A stretch of DNA of 63,490 nucleotides, filler included, from Limisphaerales bacterium (GTDB lineage: Bacteria; Verrucomicrobiota; Verrucomicrobiia; Limisphaerales; SIBE01): NCBI GenBank assembly GCA_044225505.1. It is 3 parts of 3 records of this genome, joined end to end, with 100 filler letters (N's around TTAATTAATTAA, not from the genome) between each part and the next. Parts side by side here need not be neighbours in the genome. Positions count along the whole stretch, not along the records: positions 1 to 22,057 come from JBGAIN010000147.1; 2 more parts are not named here. The stretch is one strand, 5' to 3'. This document shows, piece by piece, positions 1-11,071 of the stretch; position 1 is the first letter of the stretch, and each line of letters opens with the position of its first letter. The notes under the pieces were generated by a model. It made no database searches. It saw only the letters and a program-made list of their open reading frames with translations, and was not told where the DNA came from. Position numbers and translations under genes: made by a program.

Positions 1-698
1 CCCGCTGGCAATCGTGCAAGCAGCTTAAGCAAGAAATTCTCGTTCACATGCGCCGTCTGCAGGAGCCCGAACACGCGCGAGGTATACCGGACGCCACAGG
101 CGTCCATCCTCGATCGAGCTCGACGCGCCAGCAAGCCGAACACCAACGCGTGGCTTAATCGATATCCCCATCGGCCGGAGGCGAGCTTCAAGTTGAGGCC
201 TAACGGATCGGACGTCAGGCGAACCGCGCGGATTCCCCATTCCTTTGCGCGGCTCAGCAGAATATCGAGAACCGTGGGATGCAAGTGAATGTTCAAGTGG
301 CCATTCACGTGATCGAGCGTCAAGCCCGTCTCGCGAAAGCGGACGATCTGGGTCTCAATCTCGTGCTCGAGTTGCGGGCGCAACGAACCACGGAAGAAAT
401 AATTCATCCCCGCGGAAACAGGGTTGCTGGAAAACTCACCACGGGTTGCCAAGCCAGGAATGGAAGACGATGGAGACGCGGCCCGGCCGCACACGAGCGT
501 TAGGTGCAACCCGACACCCAAGGTTGGATTCTTTTCCGCAAGCGCCACCGCTTCAGCGCACGCCGCATGGCTCACCATTAAGCTCGCTGTGGTGAGTATC
601 CCCTCCTGATGGGCTCGCACGACAGCTTCGTTAATGCTGGCCGAATGTCCGAAATCGTCCGCATTAACCACCAGGCGGCGTCTCTCATTGGACCCCAT
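1..698 (-). CDS. hpnK: HpnK/ChbG(YdjC)-family deacetylase, 3' end runs off the window
   Basis: Absent from the ORF track. Manual translation from ATG at 698 gives MGSNERRRLVVNADDFGHSASINEAVVRAHQEGILTTASLMV...GLHLTL...LDHVNGHLNIHLHP, which contains the YdjC NADDFG and H-x-x-G-H motifs. Overlaps the stop of the upstream hpnD. Confidence 0.85.
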   Translation of the reverse strand, partial: MGSNERRRLVVNADDFGHSASINEAVVRAHQEGILTTASLMVSHAACAEAVALAEKNPTLGVGLHLTLVCGRAASPSSSIPGLATRGEFSSNPVSAGMNYFFRGSLRPQLEHEIETQIVRFRETGLTLDHVNGHLNIHLHPTVLDILLSRAKEWGIRAVRLTSDPLGLNLKLASGRWGYRLSHALVFGLLARRARSRMDACGVRYTSRVFGLLQTAHVNENFLLKLLARLPA

Positions 699-1554
699 AA
701 TTGGGAACCCAGGCCCCTGACCAGAGTCGAAACCAAGTTCGCAGAATCAGGAAAATCTTCTGCCCTTTGGTCAGTCGCATCGGCCCGGAGTCGAAGACGT
801 TGAATTGGCTCGCCTCGAGCTTTTGGAGCAGCCTCCAATAAACGGAACCCATGAGTTCCGCCGTCGCCATCGACCGGCGGTCCTCGGGTGGCAGCGATTT
901 GCGAGCTTGAAGGTAAAACTTACCCGCCCGATCCGCGACGCTTTGAGCTAGTCTCAAATATCGCTCCGAGTAAACCCCGTCCAGGATCTCCTTCGGCTCC
1001 ACCTGAAACCGCTTGAGCTCAGTCTGGGGCAGATAAATGCGTCCGCGCAAGGCGTCGCCATGGACATCTCGTAAGATATTCGTCAACTGCAGAGCTTTTC
1101 CTAAATGGACGGCATACTCACGACATCCTGGATTTTGGTAGCCAAAAATCTCAATACTGAGCAACCCCACAACGGACGCCACGCGATAGCAGTAGAGATC
1201 CAAAGCCTCGTAGGTGGGATAACAATTGACGTCCAGATCCATCTCGACGCCTTGAAGTAATTCGTCGAACAACCGGTAGGGCAGCTGATGCGCTGCGATG
1301 ACGGGCTGCAGTTCGCACACGACTGGGTTCTTTGGGATCCCACCCTCGCAGGCGATTCGGACCTGGCTGCGCCATTCCGCAAGGCGCTCCCGACGTTCCG
1401 CAACCGGGCAGGACTCTTCATCCGCCACGTCGTCGATCTCACGGCAAAACGCGTAGAGAGCAGACATTCCGTCCCGTTTGGCTTTTGGAAGAAGGACAAA
1501 AGCCAGAGCCAAGTTTGAAGCGCTCTTGCGCGTAATCGCCTGGCTCAGTTGCAT
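685..1554 (-). CDS. hpnD: Squalene/phytoene synthase family (presqualene diphosphate synthase HpnD)
   Basis: YAFCREIDDVAD, YCYRVASVVG and LQLTNILRDV..D..RGRIYLP motifs. Start moved to ATG 1554 (MQLSQAITRKS). Adjacent to hpnK. Confidence 0.85.
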   Translation of the reverse strand: MQLSQAITRKSASNLALAFVLLPKAKRDGMSALYAFCREIDDVADEESCPVAERRERLAEWRSQVRIACEGGIPKNPVVCELQPVIAAHQLPYRLFDELLQGVEMDLDVNCYPTYEALDLYCYRVASVVGLLSIEIFGYQNPGCREYAVHLGKALQLTNILRDVHGDALRGRIYLPQTELKRFQVEPKEILDGVYSERYLRLAQSVADRAGKFYLQARKSLPPEDRRSMATAELMGSVYWRLLQKLEASQFNVFDSGPMRLTKGQKIFLILRTWFRLWSGAWVPNYGVQ

Positions 1555-1561
1555 CGCGACA

Positions 1562-2017
1562 TCAAAACGGCTTGCCCGATTCTTGAGATTTGGCAGGAGG
1601 CAATCCGCCTGTCTCAGACAGGGTGGGATTCCGGGATCGATGGGACCGCCTCCGAACTCGATATTTATAGCGCCGCTTACTGGCATGGCCATCGCCGTCC
1701 TCGTCGTCAACAGCGTCGTTGCTATCGCCGCCACTGCGGTCCAAGGCTCGGGACGATTCACTGGGACTTTCATCGCCCGCCTCCGAACGGTGGGAACCCT
1801 TATACACACGTTCGCCACCACTAACGTGCCGACGGCGTTTGCCCCGCCCTTTCATCCAAAAGTAAACGATTCCAGCCAAGACCAGGAGTAACAGAACTCC
1901 GACCCCGATGATGAGCAAAACATCGGAGAGCAATAGGGATGACAATCGCCCAAACGACCGGTTCTGCTTGGGCAATTCCAGATTCAGAGCACCAAAGAAA
2001 ACTGCGACCGACGTCAT
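1562..2017 (-). CDS. Hypothetical single-pass membrane protein with charged tail
   Basis: Hydrophobic stretch LLIIGVGVLLLLVLAGIVYFW. Start overlaps the regulator stop (ATGA) and the gene ends 7 nt before hpnD. Confidence 0.6.
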   Translation of the reverse strand: MTSVAVFFGALNLELPKQNRSFGRLSSLLLSDVLLIIGVGVLLLLVLAGIVYFWMKGRGKRRRHVSGGERVYKGSHRSEAGDESPSESSRALDRSGGDSNDAVDDEDGDGHASKRRYKYRVRRRSHRSRNPTLSETGGLPPAKSQESGKPF

Positions 2018-3441
2018 CGGCTGTTGTCCTTTCCTCCGCTTCCGCTCTCTTCTTCGACAGCCTCTTCCGAACTGATATTGAGCCGCTGCATTCGATAACG
2101 CAGGGCATGGCGGCTAATTCTCAGTTGTTCCGCCGTCCGCGTGAGGCTGAAATGGTTTTGTTCCAGCACCGTCGCAATCAGTTCCCTCTCAAAATTCGCC
2201 ATGGACTCGTCCAAAGACCGAATCTCAGGTACCCCAACCGAGTCTCCTTTCCGCAAGCGCGTCTCGATATGGAAATCCGGGAGACTGGTTTGTTGAATCT
2301 CTGGCTCGGTCTCTAGAATGATGGCACGCTCAATCACGTTACGTAATTCCCGCACGTTTCCGGGCCAATGGTGATTGAGAAGCTGTTGTTGAGCAAGCTT
2401 GGAAAGTCCTTTCACATTCCGATTCATCGACGTCGCAAAATGCTGCAGAAAATGCTGCGCCAATAAGAGGATGTCCTCTCCCCGCTCGCGCAATGGAGGA
2501 GGACGAAACTGGACGACGTTCAACCGATGGAAGAGATCTTCGCGGAAATGGTTCTGGCGGATGGCGTCGATAATATCCCGGTTGGTCGCCGCAATTAAAC
2601 GCACATCCACCCGCAATTCCTGATTGCCCCCTACCCTCGTGAATGTCCCGTCTTCCAGAAATCGTAAAAGCTTGGCCTGCAATGGGCGACTCATATCGCC
2701 AATCTCGTCCAAGAAGATGGTGCCCGCATCCGCCTCCTCCACCCGCCCGGGCTTTTGCTTCATCGCCCCTGTAAAGGCGCCCTTCTCGTGCCCAAACAAT
2801 TCGCTCTCCAGCAGGAGTTCCGGGATCGCCGCGCAATTGATCCGAACGTAGCTCTTATCGGCTCGGTGGCTCAAAGTGTGAAGCGCACCCGCAACCAGTT
2901 CCTTACCAGTCCCGCTTTCCCCCAGGATCAAGACAGTGGCATCGGTCGGGGCGACGGTCTCGATCAACCGGCGGAGCTCACGGATCTTTGGGGCCTCGCC
3001 GATCAATTGCTCAAGGCTATACGTCTCGCTGGCCTTAGCCCGCAAGGCGGCATTCTCCATGAGCAACTTGTGGCGTTCTGCGCAACGAGCGACGGCATGA
3101 AGGAGCTCTTCCGGGGCAAAAGGCTTTGCGAGGTAGTCGATCGCACCGGATTTAATGGCCTCGACGGCCAATTTTGGAGTCGCGTAGGCGGTAATCATCA
3201 GGATCGGCAGCTTAGGCCATCGATTCCTTACTCGATCGAGGAACTCATAGCCACTCATGCCATTGAGCCGCGCGTCCGTGATGACCATGAAGAACTTCTC
3301 CTTCTCCAGGATGCCGAGAGCTTCTTCGGCCGACTCCGCGGCCCGGAACTGGTAACCCTCGTCAGCCATCACGGCTTCCAGCGAGAGGCGCATATTCCTC
3401 TCGTCATCGACTACTAGTAATGGTGGCAACGCGTCGCTCAT
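2014..3441 (-). CDS. Sigma-54-dependent response regulator (NtrC/AtoC family)
   Basis: REC domain (VVDDE, ITDAR, DYLAKP), GESGTGKEL, GAFTGA, WPGNVREL, C-terminal Fis-type HTH. Confidence 0.95.
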   Translation of the reverse strand: MSDALPPLLVVDDERNMRLSLEAVMADEGYQFRAAESAEEALGILEKEKFFMVITDARLNGMSGYEFLDRVRNRWPKLPILMITAYATPKLAVEAIKSGAIDYLAKPFAPEELLHAVARCAERHKLLMENAALRAKASETYSLEQLIGEAPKIRELRRLIETVAPTDATVLILGESGTGKELVAGALHTLSHRADKSYVRINCAAIPELLLESELFGHEKGAFTGAMKQKPGRVEEADAGTIFLDEIGDMSRPLQAKLLRFLEDGTFTRVGGNQELRVDVRLIAATNRDIIDAIRQNHFREDLFHRLNVVQFRPPPLRERGEDILLLAQHFLQHFATSMNRNVKGLSKLAQQQLLNHHWPGNVRELRNVIERAIILETEPEIQQTSLPDFHIETRLRKGDSVGVPEIRSLDESMANFERELIATVLEQNHFSLTRTAEQLRISRHALRYRMQRLNISSEEAVEEESGSGGKDNSR

Positions 3442-4880
3442 TTCCTCAGTCTCATGACTGTTTGCGCGGGCATCGCTATTGTAAAGCAGGTGCCCTTCCC
3501 CAGTTCCGATTCGACTTGGACCGTTCCACCGTAGATCTCTGTGTTGTGTTTGACAATAGCCAACCCTAATCCGGTCCCTTTCTCCTTGGTCGTGTAGTAC
3601 GGGTCGAAAATGCGCGCTAGCTTGTCCGCGGCAATGCCAGGCCCCGTGTCTCTGATATCTATCAAGACCGAGTAATTCTCAGCATACCGGGTCATCACTT
3701 GGACCGATCCCTTGCCGTCCATTGCCTCTCGAGCGTTCTGGAGGAGGTTGACGAAAACCTCGGACAAATGATTCCTTTGCAGCAGCAACGGCGGCAAGGC
3801 TGGTGCGTAATCGCGAACAATCTGAACCTCATACTTCGCAGCGGGCGGAAAGACTCGTTCCAAAGCGCGGTCCAACTCCTCGGCCACATCGATCTTTTCA
3901 ACGCGGCCTTCGGAAAGCTGGGCGTAGCCCATCAATTCCGTTAGAATACGGTCGGATCGATCGACCTCTTCGCGAATGATCTGGATCTGCTGCGTGATTT
4001 TCTTTCCCTCCTTGACGGTCCGCTGGAGGGTAAACGCGGCATTATTAATAATCCCAAGCGGGTTTTTGAGTTGATGCGCAATTTCCGCCGCCAGACGCCC
4101 AGCCGCTTGCAGTTGCTGTTGCCGGACAGCGTACTCACGCGCTTCGGACTCCACCTGACGCCGTTTCTCTTCTGCAACCCGTTCACGATCAAACAACACC
4201 TGGACGCCCGTGCAACAGAGCATCATAACGGCAAGCAGAAACACTCGCAGCAAAAACCCTTGGGCAACGACATCACTCGGGCTCACCTCCGCAGCTAGTT
4301 GGGGCTCCGGATCGACGCGCGCCAGCCACTCCTCAAGGCGGACTTCAAACAGGCTCGCGAGGATATAACATAGAATCACGATCAGATTCAGAATGACCTG
4401 ACGCGAAGTGACAGGAGTACTAACGGTATTCCGAACGATAAACCCGAGGAACACCCAGTAGAGCGGGCTGTCCGCGCCGCCCGTGACCACCGCCAGAGCC
4501 GAAAGAAATAGGGCGTCGAACCACGCGCTCGCAAACACTATCCGCGGGATCCAGTTCGCCGGCAACTGGCGCATCCCCAAAAGCATGCTCGCAAAACCCA
4601 CGCTCGCGACTACATAGATCAGGAAGTAACGGCGAATCACTTCCAGGGCGACTTCCTGAGCAGGAACTTCCGCTGAGACAATTTCGCTGGAACCACTAAA
4701 GTCCCCAAACCAATTAGAGAAGAAAAGATAGTAAACGACGAGCGCGATCCCGGCCGCCCGCACGGGCAGGCCGATATTGCGCTCCATGTACGCGATTCGA
4801 GATATTTGCTGATCCAGGTCTGGAGCGGGCGCGGAGAGCAGACGGGGCAACGACTTGATAGTATGCCAGGCAAAGCTCAT
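3438..4880 (-). CDS. Membrane sensor histidine kinase
   Basis: Multiple TM helices, H-box AAEIAHQLKNPL, NLLQNA, DTGPGI, GTGLGL. Confidence 0.95.
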   Translation of the reverse strand: MSFAWHTIKSLPRLLSAPAPDLDQQISRIAYMERNIGLPVRAAGIALVVYYLFFSNWFGDFSGSSEIVSAEVPAQEVALEVIRRYFLIYVVASVGFASMLLGMRQLPANWIPRIVFASAWFDALFLSALAVVTGGADSPLYWVFLGFIVRNTVSTPVTSRQVILNLIVILCYILASLFEVRLEEWLARVDPEPQLAAEVSPSDVVAQGFLLRVFLLAVMMLCCTGVQVLFDRERVAEEKRRQVESEAREYAVRQQQLQAAGRLAAEIAHQLKNPLGIINNAAFTLQRTVKEGKKITQQIQIIREEVDRSDRILTELMGYAQLSEGRVEKIDVAEELDRALERVFPPAAKYEVQIVRDYAPALPPLLLQRNHLSEVFVNLLQNAREAMDGKGSVQVMTRYAENYSVLIDIRDTGPGIAADKLARIFDPYYTTKEKGTGLGLAIVKHNTEIYGGTVQVESELGKGTCFTIAMPAQTVMRLRK

Positions 4881-4999
4881 GGTTGGCTGACCTCAAATGA
4901 GCACGCCTTCGTCAGGGCAGATGCACGGCGCATCGTAATATTACTCTTCCGCGGAATAAAGAAATTAAAGCAGCTCTCTTGCCATTGTCCGGCTGCGCC

Positions 5000-5539
5000 T
5001 TAGCCTAAAATTGAAATCGCGCGTTTCCCAATCTCCTCCACGTCCCAAAGCCGCCCAATCCCTTCATACCCACAGGATAACATCCCCTCTGAAGGCCCAA
5101 TAAACTCGGCCCCGCGTTCTCGAAGCAGTCCCACATTCTGCTGAGTTGCGGGATGAAGCCACATTTTGCCGTTCATCGCGGGCGCAATCAGGATCTTCGC
5201 GCTGGGATTCAACGCCAGAGCAATGCAGGTCAGCGCATCGTCCGCAATTCCCAACGCGAGTTTGGCGAGCTTGTTCGCCGTCGCAGGAGCGATGAGCAAC
5301 ATATCGGCCTCGTCTGCCAGCGTGATATGCAATGGCTTCCAACTGCCTTGATCGTCATACAGATCAGTCACGACCGGATTTCTCGACAACGTCTGGAAGG
5401 GCAGCGGGGTCACAAAGTGCAGAGCGTCAGTCGTCATCACCACGTGCACGGAGCATCCCTGCTTAACCAAGTAACTTGTGAGATCGAGCGCTTTATGAAC
5501 AGCGATCGATCCGGTGACTCCAACAACAATCTTTTTCAT
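5000..5539 (-). CDS. coaC: Phosphopantothenoylcysteine decarboxylase (stand-alone CoaC flavoprotein)
   Basis: GVTGSIA, IAPATAN, APAMN..MW.HP, LSCG..G.GRL. No CoaB half is fused. Confidence 0.85.
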   Translation of the reverse strand: MKKIVVGVTGSIAVHKALDLTSYLVKQGCSVHVVMTTDALHFVTPLPFQTLSRNPVVTDLYDDQGSWKPLHITLADEADMLLIAPATANKLAKLALGIADDALTCIALALNPSAKILIAPAMNGKMWLHPATQQNVGLLRERGAEFIGPSEGMLSCGYEGIGRLWDVEEIGKRAISILG

Positions 5540-6165
5540 CCGTCTATCGTCGGAGGTGGAACTCGGAAATTCCGCATCCGTTCGGCCGCAACGATGGCTC
5601 GCACACGTTCCAGGTCTTCCGCCACCGTCTGGCTCAGAACGAGATAATCAAAGTGCTTCCATTGCGCAATCTCTTGTCGGGCAACGCTTAAGCGCTTCTG
5701 GATCGCCGCCGGTGAATCCTTGGCCCTCCCGCGAAGCCGCTCCTCCAAGATGCTCAAGGAACGCGGGGTGAGAAATATCGTCACCAGAGCCCGGTCAAGT
5801 TCCGGGTCTGCAGCAGCGTGGGTGCGGATCGCTGCCGCCCCTTGCACATCGACATTCAGCAGCACGTCACGGCCTTGCCGTAAGCGGCCGAGCACCTCGG
5901 ATTTGAGGGTCCCGTAGCTATTGCCGTAAACCGTGGCGTGCTCGAGAAAGTGACCCGCCTGAACTCGTTTGAGGAAATCTGCCGGATCAAGAAAATAGTA
6001 GTCTATGCCCTCTCGCTCTCCCTCGCGGGGGGCGCGGGTTGTGCACGTGACCGCTCGGGTTGTATTCGAATCTGCCGCTAACAGTTCCGCAGTCACAGTC
6101 GTCTTCCCCCCTCCTGAGGGAGCGGAGATGAGGACCAGTAATGACGTTGTGCCAAGGCTAGACAT
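5536..6165 (-). CDS. gmk: Guanylate kinase
   Basis: SAPSGGGKTT, TTRAPREGE.EG.DYYF, YGNSYGT, DVQGA. Confidence 0.95.
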   Translation of the reverse strand: MSSLGTTSLLVLISAPSGGGKTTVTAELLAADSNTTRAVTCTTRAPREGEREGIDYYFLDPADFLKRVQAGHFLEHATVYGNSYGTLKSEVLGRLRQGRDVLLNVDVQGAAAIRTHAAADPELDRALVTIFLTPRSLSILEERLRGRAKDSPAAIQKRLSVARQEIAQWKHFDYLVLSQTVAEDLERVRAIVAAERMRNFRVPPPTIDG

Positions 6166-6175
6166 GCAACCGGGT

Positions 6176-7057
6176 CTACTCGACGTTTTGAACCTGCTCG
6201 CGCAGCTTTTCGAGCTCGGTTTTTAAGGCCACAACCTCGCGTGATATCAAGCTATCGCTGGTTTTCGAGCCGATCGTGTTTACCTCGCGATTAATCTCCT
6301 GCGCCATGAAATCCAGCATCCTCCCGACCGGCTCTTTGGCCTTCAAGGAACCGGCTAACTGGTTGAAATGACTCTCCAACCGAGTCAATTCTTCGGAGAT
6401 ATCAGATCGGTCCGCGAAGTAAATCACCTCTTTTACCAGACGCTCGTCATCGACTGTGGGAAGTTCGAGCCCCGCTTTCTTAATTCGTTGCCGCAACTGC
6501 TCCTGATACTGCTTCACCATCAACGGCGCCCGAGCCCTGATTTCTCGAAGGGATTTTCGCATGCTCGTGAGGCGTTCCTGCAGATCCGCGGCAAGATGGG
6601 CTCCCTCCCGCTGGCGCATTTGAACCAGAGCGTCCAAAGCATGTTCTAAAGACTTTTGCACGAGCGGCCAAACATTCTCAGCGTCGGTAATTTCATCCTC
6701 GGTCCGAAGCACACCGGGTGCCCGGAGCAGCACTTCGAGCGGAATCTTGGTCTCTAACGCTAGTTCCTTCCCTAGTTTGGCGATCTCCTTGGCGTAGGCC
6801 TTGGCGAGAGGCACATTCAACTGCACCTTGCCGCCGTAATACCCATCACCAGCATGAACCGCGACTTTCACCGTCAATCGTCCACGCGCGATCCGCTGGT
6901 TGACCTGATCTCGAATCTGCAATTCGAGCGACTCAAGTTCACGCGGAACGTAGACATTCACCTCAGCCTGTTTCCTGTTTACAGAACTGACTTCGGTGGA
7001 GACCTTGAGGCCGCTGCGCGAAGATTCACCGCGGCCGTAACCAGTCATCGATTTCAT
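6176..7057 (-). CDS. yicC: YicC/YloC family endoribonuclease
   Basis: MKSMTGYGRG start, DISEELTRL, GRMLDFMAQEINREVNTIGSK, LREQVQNVE. Standard position upstream of gmk. Confidence 0.9.
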   Translation of the reverse strand: MKSMTGYGRGESSRSGLKVSTEVSSVNRKQAEVNVYVPRELESLELQIRDQVNQRIARGRLTVKVAVHAGDGYYGGKVQLNVPLAKAYAKEIAKLGKELALETKIPLEVLLRAPGVLRTEDEITDAENVWPLVQKSLEHALDALVQMRQREGAHLAADLQERLTSMRKSLREIRARAPLMVKQYQEQLRQRIKKAGLELPTVDDERLVKEVIYFADRSDISEELTRLESHFNQLAGSLKAKEPVGRMLDFMAQEINREVNTIGSKTSDSLISREVVALKTELEKLREQVQNVE

Positions 7058-7166
7058 TGCTGCCCGGACTATGAAGAAGGCTGGGAGAAATGTCGAACCT
7101 CCTTTCAGCGCCGCAGATGGACTTCCCACCCGACGCAGAACCGGTGAGAAAATGAGTCGCTTCCGA

Positions 7167-8402
7167 TCAACTCGGCATGGCTAAACCGATCTTGGCCGCC
7201 ACCTGCGCCACATCCTTGTCACCTCGACCAGACAGATTCACAATGATGACGTTCTCTTTGTCTAATTGGGGCGCCCGCCGGACGACCTCGGCGATCGCGT
7301 GCGCCGATTCGAGTGCCGGAATAATTCCCTCGAGCCTCGCCAGCCGGGTAAAAGCATCCAGCGCTTGGTCGTCTGTAGCATAGGAGTATTCCACTCGCTG
7401 CTGATCCCGCAGCCAGGCATGCTCCGGACCCACCGCAGCGTAATCGAGCCCCGCTGAAACGCTGTGCGTTAGTTGAATTTGGCCATTCTCGTCCTGCAAC
7501 AAATACGAGCGTGTGCCTTGCAACACACCAAGGCTTCCACCTTGAAACCGAGCCGCATGCTTATTAGGTTTGATCCCTTCCCCACCCGCTTCCACACCGA
7601 CAATGCGGACGGCGGCATCCGCTAAGAACGGATAAAAGAGTCCGATCGCATTTGATCCACCACCAACGCAGGCGATCAGCAAGTCCGGCAATCGCCCCTC
7701 CGTCGCTAAGATCTGCTCCCGCGCCTCGTCTCCGATGATTCGCTGAAAATTGCGAACCATGAGAGGATAGGGATGCGCGCCGTAGGCCGTTCCTAGAATG
7801 TAGTGAGTGGACCGGACATTGGTTACCCAATCGCGCATTGCTTCGTTGATCGCTTCTTTGAGGGTTTGCTGTCCCGCTTTCACCGAGACGACTTCCGCTC
7901 CCAGCATCTTCATACGAAAGACGTTCAACGCCTGGCGCTCGCAATCCACCGCCCCCATGTAAATGACGCACTGCATTCCGAACATCGCGGCCACAGTGGC
8001 CGTCGCGACCCCGTGCTGTCCCGCCCCGGTTTCGGCAATAATGCGAGTCTTGCCCATTCGCCGCGCGAGCAGCACCTGGCCGATGCTATTGTTGATCTTG
8101 TGGGCGCCGGTATGCAGCAGATCCTCGCGTTTAAGGTAAATCTTGGCGCCACCCAATTCGCGGGTCAAACGTTCAGCCAAGTAGAGCGGGGTCGGACGCC
8201 CGCAAAACTCCTTAAGGTAATACGTCAGTTCCTTTTGAAAGGCCGGATCGCGCTGCGCCCGAAAATACTCATCCTCCAATTCCTGGAGCGGGTGCATGAG
8301 AGTTTCAGGGACATAACGACCTCCATACGGCCCAAAATGACCCTGGACATCGGGAACGGCAGCCTTTGCGACGGTACTCACTCCCCCAAATCTAATGGAC
8401 AT
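7167..8402 (-). CDS. trpB: Tryptophan synthase beta chain
   Basis: [52 protein letters not shown]. Start uncertain (8402 or 8381). Confidence 0.97.
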   Translation of the reverse strand: MSIRFGGVSTVAKAAVPDVQGHFGPYGGRYVPETLMHPLQELEDEYFRAQRDPAFQKELTYYLKEFCGRPTPLYLAERLTRELGGAKIYLKREDLLHTGAHKINNSIGQVLLARRMGKTRIIAETGAGQHGVATATVAAMFGMQCVIYMGAVDCERQALNVFRMKMLGAEVVSVKAGQQTLKEAINEAMRDWVTNVRSTHYILGTAYGAHPYPLMVRNFQRIIGDEAREQILATEGRLPDLLIACVGGGSNAIGLFYPFLADAAVRIVGVEAGGEGIKPNKHAARFQGGSLGVLQGTRSYLLQDENGQIQLTHSVSAGLDYAAVGPEHAWLRDQQRVEYSYATDDQALDAFTRLARLEGIIPALESAHAIAEVVRRAPQLDKENVIIVNLSGRGDKDVAQVAAKIGLAMPS

Positions 8403-8508
8403 TCCACTCCCGTGAAAGCGGAAACACGTGTTCCGCAGAAGTTCGCAGAGAGTTTTCACGCGAAATCCTGGACGGCGCTCCCCGAAACCCGCTATGGTCG
8501 CCTTACCC

Positions 8509-9744
8509 ATGAAGGCTATTGACGTTATCCAGACAAGGATCCAGAAGAAATGTTGGCACGCACGACACTTGTGCAGTGCCTACGCCTCAGCTTTGATTGT
8601 CACCCTCGGGCTCGGTGGTGCGCAAGTCCTGGGCGCGACGGAAGTTCCCGACGGTGTTTGGGTTCGGCCTGGGTATATGTTGAGCGTCGCGGAAGGTACT
8701 CTGAAAGCGCCGCGATTTCTCGCCTTCGGGCCCAACGGAACCTTGTTCGTGAGCGTGCCCAACGCCGGGAAAATCGTCGCTTGCCAAGACAAGGATGGAG
8801 ACGGGGTTTTCGAGACTTTGACCACCTACGTGGAAGGCCACGATCCAAAGAGTATTCTCCAGGGCATGCAGTGGCACGAAGGCTGGCTTTGGTTTGCCGA
8901 GGTTTCCGCAATCTATAAATCGCGCGACACCGATGGTGACGGCAAAGCGGACGAGATCATTAAAGTGATCGGCGAAGATAAGCTCCCGATTACCGGAGGA
9001 GGCCACCGCTGGCGTGCGTTGATGATCCATAAGAACCGCATTTATACCCACGTTGGCGATCAGACCAACGCCACGGACGAACCGGTCGATACCAACGAAC
9101 GGAAGAAGATCTGGACCTTCGCCATGGACGGCTCGGATAAACAACTCTTCGCCAGTGGTGTCCGCAATACCGAGAAATTTGTCATTCGCCCGGACACCGA
9201 GGAAATCTGGGGTGTGGATCACGACATCGATATGCTTGGCTACGAATGGGAAAAAGACAAAAAGGTGGGCCAACCGATCACCGATTACAACCCGCCCGCG
9301 GAACTGAATCACTACAAGCAAGGTGGTTTCTATGGCCATCCCTACATCTTGGGCAAAAACATGCCCAATCCCAATTTCCTGACCCGCCCTGACATTGCGG
9401 AACTGGCGTCAAAAACGACCGTTCCGGAATGGCTCCTGCCCGCTCACTGCGCTGGCAACGGCATGATCTTTTATCATGGAACTCAAATCCCAAATGCCCG
9501 CGGTGACGCATTCGTGGCCATGCGCGGTTCTTGGAACGCCACCGAGAAAACCGGGTATTGCCTATCGAGAATCTTGTTTGAAGACGGACGACCCTATGGC
9601 GAGCAGAAGATGGTCAGCCTCTTGAAGAAAGGCACCGATGTTCTCGGACGCCCCGCGGATTGCGTCGAAGCTCCGGATGGTTCGATTCTTTTCAGTGACG
9701 ACACCGGCAATAAGATCTACCGCCTCACGTATAGCGGGCGCTGA
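8509..9744 (+). CDS. Secreted PQQ-dependent sugar/L-sorbosone dehydrogenase-like beta-propeller
   Basis: Signal-like N-terminus, D.DGDG repeats, FASGVRN, GFYGHPY, RGSWN, GRPAD...PDGS.L.SDD. Confidence 0.8.
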   Translation: MKAIDVIQTRIQKKCWHARHLCSAYASALIVTLGLGGAQVLGATEVPDGVWVRPGYMLSVAEGTLKAPRFLAFGPNGTLFVSVPNAGKIVACQDKDGDGVFETLTTYVEGHDPKSILQGMQWHEGWLWFAEVSAIYKSRDTDGDGKADEIIKVIGEDKLPITGGGHRWRALMIHKNRIYTHVGDQTNATDEPVDTNERKKIWTFAMDGSDKQLFASGVRNTEKFVIRPDTEEIWGVDHDIDMLGYEWEKDKKVGQPITDYNPPAELNHYKQGGFYGHPYILGKNMPNPNFLTRPDIAELASKTTVPEWLLPAHCAGNGMIFYHGTQIPNARGDAFVAMRGSWNATEKTGYCLSRILFEDGRPYGEQKMVSLLKKGTDVLGRPADCVEAPDGSILFSDDTGNKIYRLTYSGR

Positions 9745-9746
9745 GG

Positions 9747-10616
9747 TTAAACACCCCTTCCGCTCCGCGACCGGATCAACTGGCGGCGACATGCGCTGAG
9801 CAGTCGCTTCCATGATGCTCGGAGAAAGGCCGGCTCCACCAAAGCCTCACGCGCATACTTTCGCCCTGCGAATCTCACATCGATTTCTGCCTGAATAATC
9901 GTCTCGTCACGATTGTTCGCTAGCGCCAGGACGCGCGAATCTGGCGCCACAATTTTCGAATCTCCTGCGGACCACAGCCCGTCGCCTTGCGGTCCTACGG
10001 AATTGGCAAACACATAGTAGACCTCGTTTTCAAAAGCACGGACCGCAATCCCATCTCGTCCACCGCGCTTTTGTTTTGAAACCGGAAGTGCGTCCAGCCC
10101 TGCGTTGGGATGAAAGACAATTTGCGCGCCCATCATCACGGGCAGCCGCACTAACTCCGGATAGCGACGCTCATGACAGATGATCGAAGTGCACGCAATT
10201 TGATCGAGCCGAAAGTAAGCCAAACTGTTGCCAGGAACAAACCAGCGTCGGTCCATGGAGGTCAGGTGAATCTTGGAGTATCTAAAGGATTCCCGTCCTC
10301 CACGGTTAATCACGAGCAACGAATTAAAGCACTTGCCTCGGGTCCAGGTTGGACTTCCCAACAAGACATGGCATCGATTGCGCCGCGCCGCGCGCCGAAC
10401 CCTCTGCAAGGCGACCTCGACGTCGGCCATGGAAAGCGCGGCAAAATCGCACCGATACCCTGTCAGAGCACATTCCGGGAATAGGATCACGTCGGTCCCC
10501 TCGCGCGCGGATGATTCAATCGTCTCGCAAATAAAGTCAGCGTTCTCGCTGATCCGTGAACGAAACTTCATCTGCACCGCAGCGAGAATGAGACGGGTCG
10601 ATTTCACAACCGTCAT
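9747..10616 (-). CDS. Carbon-nitrogen hydrolase (nitrilase superfamily)
   Basis: Catalytic E-K-C motifs FPECALTGY, YSKIHL, IICHE; RAFEN. Confidence 0.9.
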   Translation of the reverse strand: MTVVKSTRLILAAVQMKFRSRISENADFICETIESSAREGTDVILFPECALTGYRCDFAALSMADVEVALQRVRRAARRNRCHVLLGSPTWTRGKCFNSLLVINRGGRESFRYSKIHLTSMDRRWFVPGNSLAYFRLDQIACTSIICHERRYPELVRLPVMMGAQIVFHPNAGLDALPVSKQKRGGRDGIAVRAFENEVYYVFANSVGPQGDGLWSAGDSKIVAPDSRVLALANNRDETIIQAEIDVRFAGRKYAREALVEPAFLRASWKRLLSACRRQLIRSRSGRGV

Positions 10617-11071
10617 TAGTTCGCGGTGGGTCAAATTTGCCAAGAGGAAAGAAGCGACAAGCGTGACGAGGTCTCTCGATGAAAGCGACCGCGGCGGTAT
10701 CTCGCCGCGACAGAGGCCGCCGGATGAAATGAATCGCTCGTTTAGCGTTATTACAAATCGAGGGCGATTGGTTCAGCGATTGCTGGTTGAAATCGATCAG
10801 GATCTAAAGTCCTTCCAGACACGGTGGTTAGTCCTGCGCTCACCTCTCATGGCCATGGCCGAATGTCCAGGATGTGGACAGACGCACGCACTTTAGCAAT
10901 CGTCCCAAAGCTCCACGACAACCGCAAATCTCTGAAAAGCTAAATGATCGAGACTTTTACCCGCGTTTAGGCCTGGTTCATAAGCCGGGACGCCCAGCGG
11001 ACTGGATCCTCGCAAAACTGGCATCAAACGTGATCAGAACCGACACGAACATTAATTAAGATTAAGTTACA

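Noticed and set aside
1555..1821. N-terminal extension of hpnD in the ORF track
   Set aside because: Overlaps the 1562-2017 gene; family similarity starts near 1554.
11018..11036. Sigma-54 promoter-like TGGCATCAAACGTGAT upstream of the PhnD-like gene
   Set aside because: The -12 position reads GA rather than GC; too weak to call.
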